Assembly: GCA_965178125.1 (NCBI GenBank)
Contig: OZ237761.1
Coordinates: forward strand, 868,001-923,300
Direction: 5' to 3'
Length of the DNA: 55,300 nt
Source of the DNA: Bilabrum cf. latius
Lineage: Eukaryota
Below the pieces are notes generated by a model, which saw only the letters and a list, made by a program, of their open reading frames with translations, made no database searches and was not told the origin of the DNA. Both the position numbers and the translations under genes were made by a program. Below, in pieces: positions 39,105 through 49,674 of the stretch (position 1 is its first letter; the number at the start of each line of letters is the position of its first letter).

Positions 39105-39804
39105 GCTGACTGCGAGGCCTCGGAGCTGGCGCACTCGAAGGGTGTGTCAATGCCGTGGCAGTGTCTCCAAATGACAGAGTACTGGCAGTTGCATCCCAGG
39201 ACAAGACTGTGTCTGTCTGGGATGCAGGTGTACCATCCACATCGAACCCGAAGGCAGGAGGCCTCGCGCGCGTAGGTGTGCTCAAGGGCCATCGAAGGGG
39301 TGTGTGGTGCTGCGAGTTCAGCCCAATTGAACAGATCGTCGTGACTGGGTCGTCAGACAAGACGATCCGATGCTGGAACGCGCGCACTATGCAGTGCATG
39401 CGGACTCTGGAGGGGCATGGAGCATCTGTTCTCCAGGTCCGGTTCTGCAATGGAGGCAAGGACCTCGTGTCGGCGGCAGCTGTCGGCATACTCAAGGTGT
39501 GGAGCATGCAGGCAGCAGCGTGCAAGTTCACTGCGGATGCACACGCCGATCGGGTGTGGGCCCTTGCTGTGCCCAAGACCAGGGATGCTGCTGACCAGGG
39601 GGAGAGGAGTCGTCGTCTCCGCCTGTGGTCGCCGTGTCTGGTGGTGCAGATGGAACCATCCGGGTGTGGCGAGACCACACGAGCTAGCTCAAGCAGGAGG
39701 CATCGCAGGCCCAGCTCCGCAAGGCTTCAGCCGGGAGTAGTCTGGCAGCTGCAATGGCTGGGAGGAGATACGCCACTGCCTTTTCACTTGCGCTGGAGCT
39801 CGAG
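39105..39804 (+). pseudogene. Captured internal fragment of UTP13, copy b
   Basis: Repeat of 34274-34973 at +4831. Confidence 0.92.
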
Positions 39805-40309
39805 TTTGAAACGTGCACATAGTGTTCGGATGTGGTAGATTTCTAAATTCCAGCAGCACTCCACAGGCCAATATTTTGGTTTCTTCGGGTGATTTCAACC
39901 AAACTCAAGTTGCATTAACTGTTTGCTCCAACTACCAGTGCAGATATATGCGGGTTTCCCGGAGGCAGGCGTCTGCACTTTGCCGCGTTGAGTTTGTGCG
40001 ACGTGTCCAGGGCAGAATCCCCAAGTTGCTCATTACCTAGAACGAGCTCAATCTGAATCAAGTTAGATATTTTGACGGTGTAGGCTTATGGTCTCACGAA
40101 AATTAGTTGTTCCTTTGCTTTCGAGGTCAATCCAATTGCATTGCTGCGTGATCGACAACCATTAATCGCAGGCTTTCACCATTGACAGCGTAGTGAGAAC
40201 CAATAGATTGTATGAACCACTTTCTGCATTGGTACGACCAGTTCGGAGACCTTTGGTATCAGCGAGGTGTTGCTCAACTGCCCAAGACTCCAGCTGGCGT
40301 TAGCCAGTG

Positions 40310-43300
40310 ATGCAGACCTGGATACAGACCTTCAAGACGTCACTTAAACTTCGAAATATTGGACGCATGACGTGGCTTGTGCAAAACAAGTTGGGCGACG
40401 TGGTTAGCCTGGTTCCCAGCGTTTAGGAGTGTCAGGACGTGGAAAAACAGTGTTTATTGCTGAAGCACCTCGGGAGGGCCGCTATCGACGCTCCGCACCT
40501 CGTGATTAATCTAAAGGATGACTAGGAGCTCTCCGCTCGTGATGTTATGAGTGCATTCGATCGAAGCACTGGGGATCAAGCAAGGGGTCCCATGACAAAC
40601 GGCAGCGAGACCTGCTTCGAGATGGCTGCGCCGCTAGCCGAGATTGACGCCAGTCTTCTTGGCACGGTCCTGGACACCCAACATCGAGGGTTCATTCTGT
40701 CCGATGCATATACGAATGGTATTAGAGAGCTTGACCGTGCCATTCAAGGTGTGCTGAAGGAGTTGCCAGCAGCAACAAGGAGAGCTCGAGAGGAGGCCCT
40801 GGCCGATATCGCGGATGGCCGCCCCCCGAAGGGCTACCTCAAGGACGCGCACTATTTGGATGTGCCTGACTGCAGCTGGGTTCCACAACTCAGCAAGCGT
40901 GCAGAAGAAGTGGAGTTTGAAATCAAGGGCGATTTCAAGGGACCCGACCTGGAGACTGCCGTGAGGAACCGCATCGCCAGTGCAGCAGACTCAGACGTCA
41001 GCTCAATTGTTGCAGCGGTCCGAGATTCGCTTCTGCTGATTGGAGAGGCGTCAGTTGCTGTGAGCGGCTTCCAAGGATTTATGGATGCACCAATTCTTCC
41101 TATCGTGGACGCAAGGTGTGGGTCTCAACGTGAGTTTTGGTTAGACTTGTTTCTCAAGGAAGCATTCGCGACCACAACTTTCGGGTCATCTGTAATGCGT
41201 GGCGGTGTGGTCACAGGCTTCAAAGGATACGGTAAGTCCTAGCTGATGCGGAACGTGATCTTTGGAAAGGCACTCATGCGTTGGGCACTTGAACACTCGG
41301 GAGAGCCATCTATGGATTCGCTACGAAGGGCGAGCTCGAAACCCAACGTGACCCACGTCGGTATCTACGTCGATGACCCTACCGGATCGATCGGTGACTT
41401 GAGGTATGCCAGCCCGGTTGCGCTGATTGCCGCCGGTCTTGCAAAAGCAGGGATCATAAATGCCAACAGTCCGCCCAACTGGGCCAGGACTACATGCCAG
41501 CTCACTCCTAAACTCATGGGAGAGTGGCTGTCGGAACACAACATCCACGTTGTGCTGGCCATGGACGAAGCTCAAAAGGTGCGCATACCTGATGAAGGAT
41601 CCAGGGACTGGCACTACCGAAAAATGGTATCCGAGTTTTGGACGATCATGGCCGACATGATAAACATTGAGCAGCGGAGGCCCACAGTCTTCTTGACTGG
41701 CTCGTAGAAGGGCCTAGCTAAAGAAGTGTATGGGCCAGTTGATGGGCGCGATGTGCTTCAGGACGACAAATTTCTCGTCAATGCAATGCCCAATGTGTAT
41801 TCTGAACCGGAACTGCACCTCATGCTGCTTCGGCAACAACTCTCAAGTGATCAGGAACCTGACGACGTTTCTGAATAGCAGCAAGGTGCGCCGTTTGAAC
41901 GCCGCTCAGTGACAGCAGCTGATGCAGTTCTAGCCTTGGCATTCTGCTTGCGCAAGCAGGGCGGCTTCAAGCTCGGTCAGTGGTGGCACCAGGCTGGGTA
42001 CCTTGTTCAGCCCAGTTTGGAACACGCATTGCGCTCACTCTAGCCTGGTTCACATGTTCAGAATGGCAAGAGTGCACCGGTCGGCAGGATTACCCTGGAA
42101 ATCGCTGAGAGGCACCTGAAAGACAACGGAGTACTTGCCTCGGCAAAATCCGCCAATGACCGTATCTTGAGAGCGTATATGCTGAACGGGGTAATTGCAA
42201 GGAGCCTGGGGGCGCTCCAGGGGACTAGTGTCAAGTTCAGATCTTACATAAGGGCGATGACGGACCGCAAGTCTCTGTTCAGCAGATTTGGAGTTGCTCT
42301 CGCTCGAGCTTCTCTTGCAGGTGGTGCAGCAAGCAAGCAAGCGATGCTCGACCTCGATGATCCTTTCCAGGGCATGCCGCTAGTATCATTGTCTACCGTC
42401 AAGGTCTACTTGAAACAGGTCAGCGATGAATTGCTGCCGACAGATCAGGTTACCTCAAATTGCCTCAAGTACCAAGATGGGCTTGATGGTTTGTTGCGTA
42501 AGTGGCACGATGACTAGTGGTTGATATACCACACTCCTGAGGAGCAGAAGTTCAATCAAATCAAACCGCACTCTGGGTACGTGCAGTTTCCTAACCTGGC
42601 ATACACAAGAGTGGCGCTGCAGGTCGATCTCACCCGAGACATCTTCTTGACAGTTCGGGAGCAACAGGCACTTGACCTTCCGACGGGTGACTTCGGAAAG
42701 GGTTATGAGATGGTAATCGCTGAGTCTTTGCGGCGCAATTTCAAGTCCAAGGTAGTACAAGACGAGAAGCGGCTGCCATCTTTGCCCGCAGACGTGTACT
42801 CCTCGAAACCTGGTGTATTGGAGCTGGCTTGGGATCGAATGAAACCGTCCTCACCCGACCAGCTGCTTCGATTGGAAGAGCTGGGAGATTCCGGGACTAA
42901 GCGCAAGAAGCGTCGACCTGGGATTGTGGTTAGGCAATTCTCGGCTTTTGGTCAAATTTTCAGGGAGCTTCCGGACTAGTTCGGCGCTGATCTCGCCATG
43001 GTGCTGCGAAGCAACGCCAGTCCCGAGAATGCTGACAAGTAGATCTTTCACGTCATTCGGATTCAGGTCAAGACTGGCTCTCAATCCCAAGTAAATGACG
43101 CTAGCGATCTGAAGCAGATGCTTTCCCAGGATACACGAGCCGATGTCCATCAAAGGTACTGTAGATTGCTTGGCGAGGACCACACCTCGGGCAAAGTGGT
43201 AATGCACCGACTCCTCGTCACTAGCAAGCCTGTGAATAAGCCTATGCGCAAGCTGGCCGGCCAAGCATAGAAGGGAGAGAGGCGGCCCGGCAGGTAGCCC

Positions 43301-43591
43301 AAGCCAATCCCGCAGCAAGAGAACATGGACGTGATCTACGATGATGACCTGCATGAGTTGCTGTTCGCAGATGCACGGCTGTATCTGGCTAGGAGGCGAG
43401 TCCTGCTGAGTAAAACAGAAGAAGAGGCACGCCAAGCTTAGGAGGTGCTGAGTAGTGTCCTCAAAGAGGTTGAGCTCGAGCTTAAACTTGGATATGAAAG
43501 CATTGAGGCCGGCAAATTCGACTCAACCAGCCTTGCGGAAGCTTGGTGGAGTCAGCACCGGCACGTCAATGATATTCGCTAGCATATCTAA
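40310..43591 (+). CDS. Intact P-loop NTPase + PD-(D/E)XK nuclease-like protein (~1090 aa, ~13 in-frame TAG), Crinkler/RHS-effector-like; start uncertain
   Basis: GVVTGFKGYGKS (Walker A), VVLAMDEAQ (Walker B), VFLTGS; C-terminal GKGYEMVIAESL...GADLAMV...IRIQVKTG; single frame to TAA 43589. Confidence 0.72.
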
Positions 43592-43675
43592 ATACGGTTT
43601 CCTTGCTTGGCTGCTAATCTATCAGTACATGTTTTGGTGGATCAAGTTGCCAACTTTTTGTGCCATACAGTTGTG

Positions 43676-43860
43676 ACCCACCACATGACCAGCTATCCCC
43701 CGAATAGACTCATCCGGGGCACTCTCCCGACACCCACCACATGACCAGCCTGACCCCCCGCATGGACTCATCCAGGGCACTATCCCGACACCCACCACAT
43801 GACCAGCCTGACCCCCCGCATGGACTCATCCAGGGCACTATCCCGACACCCACCACATGA
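43676..43860. repeat. Telomere-adjacent ~58-bp tandem repeat, 3+ units
   Basis: ACCCACCACATGA recurs at 43676, 43732, 43790 and 43848; followed by degenerate TTTAGGG-like units at 43861-43893. Confidence 0.9.
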
Positions 43861-43949
43861 TTTAGGGGTTTTAGGGAGGGTTTAGGGTTGGGGTGTATGT
43901 CATGGATCGGTGAGAGTGAGACTTGGTGAAAAAAAATTAAAACTTCGAA

Positions 43950-44129
43950 TTAGGGTTAGGGTTAGGGTTAGGGTTAGGGTTAGGGTTAGGGTTAGGGTTA
44001 GGGTTAGGGTTAGGGTTAGGGTTAGGGTTAGGGTTAGGGTTAGGGTTAGGGTTAGGGTTAGGGTTAGGGTTAGGGTTAGGGTTAGGGTTAGGGTTAGGGT
44101 TAGGGTTAGGGTTAGGGTTAGGGTTAGGG
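43950..44129 (+). repeat. Telomeric (TTAGGG)n array 1, ~30 units
   Basis: Perfect TTAGGG repeats. Confidence 0.98.
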
Positions 44130-44185
44130 TATCTAATATAAAGTCAGGGACAGGGTCGGGGAAAAAAAATTTCATCTTCATTTTT

Positions 44186-44404
44186 TGTCGAAAATGTGCC
44201 CTCTGCGATCTCAGCAACTAGAATAGGTATGAAGATGATTCAAACTGTTTGGGGACGGCCTAGGGCCATATCATGGGGCAAATGTTCCCCAGGTTCCGTT
44301 TTGACCGCGCGGCGACGATACTGGCTGATGAAGATTTACATGTCGAAAATGTGCCCTCTGCGATCTCAGCAACTAGAATAGGTATGAAGATGATTCAAAC
44401 TGTT
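44186..44404. repeat. 64-bp direct repeat (44186-44249 and 44341-44404) in the spacer between telomeric arrays
   Basis: TGTCGAAAATGTGCCCTCTGCG...GATTCAAACTGTT present twice. Confidence 0.9.
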
Positions 44405-45092
44405 AGGGTTAGGGTTAGGGTTAGGGTTAGGGTTAGGGTTAGGGTTAGGGTTAGGGTTAGGGTTAGGGTTAGGGTTAGGGTTAGGGTTAGGGTTAGGGTT
44501 AGGGTTAGGGTTAGGGTTAGGGTTAGGGTTAGGGTTAGGGTTAGGGTTAGGGTTAGGGTTAGGGTTAGGGTTAGGGTTAGGGTTAGGGTTAGGGTTAGGG
44601 TTAGGGTTAGGGTTAGGGTTAGGGTTAGGGTTAGGGTTAGGGTTAGGGTTAGGGTTAGGGTTAGGGTTAGGGTTAGGGTTAGGGTTAGGGTTAGGGTTAG
44701 GGTTAGGGTTAGGGTTAGGGTTAGGGTTAGGGTTAGGGTTAGGGTTAGGGTTAGGGTTAGGGTTAGGGTTAGGGTTAGGGTTAGGGTTAGGGTTAGGGTT
44801 AGGGTTAGGGTTAGGGTTAGGGTTAGGGTTAGGGTTAGGGTTAGGGTTAGGGTTAGGGTTAGGGTTAGGGTTAGGGTTAGGGTTAGGGTTAGGGTTAGGG
44901 TTAGGGTTAGGGTTAGGGTTAGGGTTAGGGTTAGGGTTAGGGTTAGGGTTAGGGTTAGGGTTAGGGTTAGGGTTAGGGTTAGGGTTAGGGTTAGGGTTAG
45001 GGTTAGGGTTAGGGTTAGGGTTAGGGTTAGGGTTAGGGTTAGGGTTAGGGTTAGGGTTAGGGTTAGGGTTAGGGTTAGGGTTAGGGTTAGGG
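44403..45092 (+). repeat. Telomeric (TTAGGG)n array 2, ~115 units
   Basis: Perfect TTAGGG repeats. Confidence 0.98.
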
Positions 45093-45391
45093 TATCTGGG
45101 GGTCATGTTAGGATCGGGGCACGCCCTTTTTTTGACCAAAAAAAAAAACGCCGCACATTATATATATTTAGATAGCCCTTGATCAGTAGAGCTGATTTAT
45201 GGTTGGTTGGCGGCACTCATTTCCAATATTGAGTGAGATATGGGGAGGTTTAGGGTCACCAGTTGAGCGGATGATTTTGGCAGGTCGTTTTAGGCATGTT
45301 CAAAGACGAATGGCCATTTGATTGTCTATGTTGTTATCAGAAATGGCCAACAATATGGTATGCATAGCTTGTGTGCCCTGGTTGGGCATTC

Positions 45392-46575
45392 GCGGCGCCA
45401 GTTCCGCAGGATTGGTGAAAACTCCTTCTAGGAGCGGTTTCGCCTAGTGGTCCATCCGGAGTCAATATTGAGTGGTCCCATCGGATGCGTCTCGATGAGT
45501 AGATCACTTTGATGGTTGGTTGGCGGCACTCATTTCCAAAATTGAGCGAGATATGCCCAGGTTGGCGGTTGGCACCCAGCTGTGCCAGGGCTACTTGTAG
45601 GTTGGCGGTTGGCGAAAATTCAAATTTCGATTCACAAATCGAGACTTATATCATTCGATAGCTCTGGATCATAGAAGTCCTACACGGTAATTTGGGCGTG
45701 TCATCATGCGATGCGGCGCCGGTTCCGCAGGATTGGTGAAAACCTTCTAGGAGCGGTTTCGCCTAGTGGTCCATCCGGAGTCAATATTGAGTGGTCCCAT
45801 CGGATGCGTCTCGATGAGTAGATCACTTTGATGGTTGGTTGGCGGCACTCATTTCCAAAATTGAGCGAGATATGCCCAGGTTGGCGGTCGGCACCCAGCT
45901 GTACTTGTAGGTTGGCGGTTGGCGAAAATTCAAATTTCGATTCACAAATCGAGACTTATATCATTCGATAGCTCTGGATCATAGAAGTTCTACACGGTAA
46001 TTTGGGCGTGTCATCATGCGATGCGGCGCCGGTTCCGCAGGATTGGTGAAAACCTTCTAGGAGCGGTTTCGCCTAGTGGTCCATCCGGAGTCAATATTGA
46101 GTGGTCCCATCGGATGCGTCTCGATGAGTAGATCACTTTGATGGTTGGTTGGCGGCACTCATTTCCAAAATTGAGCGAGATATGCCCAGGTTGGCGGTTG
46201 GCACCCAGCTGTGCCAGGGCTACTTGTAGGTTGGCGGTTGGCGAAAATTCAAATTTCGATTCACAAATCGAGACTTATATCATTCGATAGCTCTGGATCA
46301 TAGAAGTCCTACACGGTAATTTGGGCGTGTCATCATGCGATGCGGCGCCGGTTCCGCAGGATTGGTGAAAACCTTCTAGGAGCGGTTTCGCCTAGTGGTC
46401 CATCCGGAGTCAATATTGAGTGGTCCCATCGGATGCGTCTCGATGAGTAGATCACTTTGATGGTTGGTTGGCGGCACTCATTTCCAAAATTGAGCGAGAT
46501 ATGCCCAGGTTGGCGGTTGGCACCCAGCCGTGCTTGTAGGTTGGCGGTTGGCGAAAATTCAAATTTCGATTCACA
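45392..46575. repeat. Satellite of ~310-320-bp units, about 3.7 copies
   Basis: GTTCCGCAGGATTGGTGAAAA recurs near 45401, 45722, 46032 and 46351; partial diverged copy at 45195-45241. Confidence 0.93.
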
Positions 46576-46627
46576 TATCAAGGCACAAATAGCTCACAAG
46601 GAAGGAGATGCCGATATCAAGGCATTT

Positions 46628-48298
46628 TCAATGCTCTGCTCCGTCCGCTGCTGCGGCCGCTTGGCGAGCATCCAGGACTCCTGTGATGTAGGCCATGCGC
46701 TGCTCCAGGCGTTCCAGCAGCCAGTCTGCATTCTCGCCTTCACGGACATCGCACATCCGGACCTGGTTTCCAGCTCTGCGCTTCTGCTTCCCGATCCTCT
46801 TGGAGTTGTCCTTGTACTTTTGAACCTCCTAGACGGTGATCGGGGCTGCACCTCCTGCTTGTGGTGCTGGCGGGACTGGTGCTTGACCTGCAGCTCCTGC
46901 AGCAACTTGTGCTGGTGGGGCTGGTGCTTGACCTGCAGCTCCTGCAGCAGCTTGTTGGGCTGGTGGGACTGGTGCTTGACCTGCGGCTCCTGCAGCAGCT
47001 TGTGCTGGTGGGACTGGCCCTTGACCTGCAGCTCCTGCAGCAGCTTGTGCTGGTGGGACTGGTGCTTGACCTGCAGCTCCTGCAGCAGCTTGCGCTGGTG
47101 GGACTGGTGCTTGACCTGCAGCTCCTGCAGCAGCTTGTTGGGCTGGCGGGGCTGGTGCTTGACCTGCAGCTCCTGCAGCAGCGTGTGGTGCTGGTGGTGC
47201 TGGAGCCGGGGCTGGGGCCTGGGAGTTCCCGCGACGAGCTCTTAGGCGACCATTTGACCGCCCTTTGCGGCTCCGCATACCTGATGCATGCATCTCCGCC
47301 TCCTCCTCTGCCTTCTCGTCGTCGAAATCAGAGCCCTCATCGTCGCTCTCGGAGTCGTCGTCACTGGGAGCCGCCTCACCATCGTGCTCATCCTCGCTGT
47401 CGCTCCCACTTTCATCATGCTGGTCGTAGGACGAGGCACTTCCCGCGCCCCTGCCTGCGCCCGATGCAGCGCCCGTGCGTCCAGGAGCCTTCCCCTTGTG
47501 ACGAGCCGCAGAGCGTTTGGACTTGGCTGCTGCTGCTGCCGCGCCCGCCTCGTCGTCCTCATCGGATTCGCCCTCCTCAAAGACATGCCTGAGCAGAGCA
47601 TTCCGAAATCCTCGGCTGGCCTTGGAGCCCGAGATGCGCCGCGACTTGCCAGGTGCACCCCTCGCGGCTCGCCCCCGTGCCGGGCCGATCGAGCCCTTGG
47701 CCGAACTGGACCCGCCGCGGGCCTTATGACGTCCAACTGGCCCTGGTTGGGGCACTGCCAGGATCCTTGGCATCATGTCGTCCTTGGTGCTGAACCAGGA
47801 CGTCTGCATGTCCTCTGACCCGAAGACATCCTGCAAGACCGCCTGCATAGCGTTGTCCTCCGTACGACTGCCGTGTCGCCGTGCCATCCTCACAAGCCAC
47901 CCAGGAATATCATGCACCTTCCTCTTGTTTAGGGCAGCGCGACCATTCACCAACCATGTGATCTTGCCTACAGTCCAGTCATCGTCACGAGCCTTCCTGA
48001 CCGCCTCCAAGAAGTTTTCTACGCCGTCCTCCGCTCCCCCGCGACTGGCGAACGCGTAGGCAACTGCATCGGTTGTCGTGTTGTCTGCAACTTCCACGTC
48101 GACCTCCATGTCCTCCAGAACGGCCTGAACTTGCTCGCGGACTCGGCCTCGCACATCCTCGGCGGGCGCAAGCACGCAGCCTGTCCCCTTCAGGAAGCCA
48201 TGCAGCGTAACCACAAGGACCTTGGCGGCGTTGGCCCTCGGTGTCTTGCCGATGATGTCCACGATGGTCTGAGAGATGTCGTTGTGCTTGGGTGGCAT
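46628..48298 (-). CDS. Hypothetical protein with acidic/basic low-complexity tracts and (AAAGAAGQAPVPPAQ)n repeats; TAG at 46829 read through
   Basis: Long ORF with host-like GC3 from MPPKH (48298; upstream starts possible) to TGA 46628; 42/45-bp coding repeats at ~46860-47190. Confidence 0.6.
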
Positions 48299-49674
48299 GG
48301 CCTGCGCGAAGAAGAAGTGCGGCAGATAGCGCAAGATAGGTTGTGGCTGCGGTGGGAGGGCGGCACCACATGCAGCTGCCGTGCGCAGACACAGCACTGG
48401 ACCAACCATTCGATATGGCACCAAGGGGTCCATTCCAATCAGGAAACATGCCACTATTCGATGCAACATAGGTTGCAACCGGGCATCTCAAGTTGCAACC
48501 GGTCGTTGTCGCACAAGCAAACCAGATTGGCAGTAGCGTGCACTTTCCAGCCACCACCAATTGCAGTTGGGAGGGATGCCCTCATTTCAGCTCGGACAAA
48601 GGCCACAGTGAGACAACCAGGCATTCGTGTGTACTTAAATAGTAATATTGCATACATCTGGCAAGGTCGGAAGTCACAAAGCTCGAGCATTGCAACGATC
48701 ATAAGGTCATGTCAGCAGACGCACCTCGCTCCCAGACAAATCACCAAATTGCGCCCCGCAGGAAAAGAAAATCGCCGCGGCGCGCGTTGCAATCAAAACG
48801 TGAGACAACAATGCAACTATAGACGCGCGGCTGCATGGCAGTTTGCGCGCAGGATAGTGCGCGCACAGGGCGAATCCATTCCAGCTGTCCGGCGCACCCA
48901 GCACGTTGGGCCAATTTTCGCCATGTTACCGCGGACAATTTTCAATCGCAGGCTCCCAAAGTCTATTTTAGACATCATTGAATACAACTGTTCGCTATAA
49001 TTCTCACGTGAGTTCTTTTTTGTGGGTTTGAAAAATGAGCGTCTCGCGTCCGACAGCGGGCCGGCTGCGTGGCCGTCCGGAGCCGTTTTGCGGGGGAGGG
49101 GTGTGATGAGTGCACCGTGCGCCGTGCCCCTGTTGGATGTCATGCCTAACTGAAGCTCATTGGAGTACTATTACCCCTGTGCCATGGTTCTCCGGCCCTG
49201 GACCAGGCCTCGTGCACCCAAATTCCGGCCGGTCGGCACCAGCCCTCCAGACGGGGGTGCGCGCGGCCCCGGGAGGCGACGGGGGCGGGTGCCCGACCAT
49301 GCAATGTGTTCTTGTGGCCCTTGGAGGCAAAGGCAGCCGCCCCTTGTTCCCTGACGATGTGTGTCTGGCTTGCTGCACCGGTGCGGAGGTGCTCGCCGGG
49401 TGGGCCCCGCGCTGCGGGGCCTTCCCAGGCTCCTATCCTGCAGTGTGCTGCAGGGTGCACTGCAGGGTGCTGTTAGTGTCTGCTGCATGTATTGTCGCAT
49501 GTCTGCTACGTTGCTAGTGCCGCGGGAGCGTTCTCGACCCGTCCCGCCAAGCTCCCCCACTGCCCCCCACTGCCGCCCACCGCACCATCCACATGTATGG
49601 AGCGCTGCGTTCTGTTTGTCTCCCGCTGTGGACTCTAGCTTACTCCTACCAATGCTACTCCTTGCGACCGCAGG

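Larger units (their letters stand above)
30201..43591 (+). repeat. Subtelomeric tandem segmental array; units start at 30201, 35020 and 39851 (period 4819/4831 bp); third unit diverges after ~41230
   Basis: CAGCAGCACTCCACAGGCC starts each unit; ORF-track peptides recur at offsets of 4819-4831. Confidence 0.95.

Noticed and set aside
43900-45175. ORFs of poly-(RV), (LT) and (PN)
   Set aside because: Translations of telomeric hexamer repeats
43676-46575. CRISPR array in the 58-bp or 315-bp repeats
   Set aside because: Whole units repeat with no unique spacers; no cas genes; eukaryotic context
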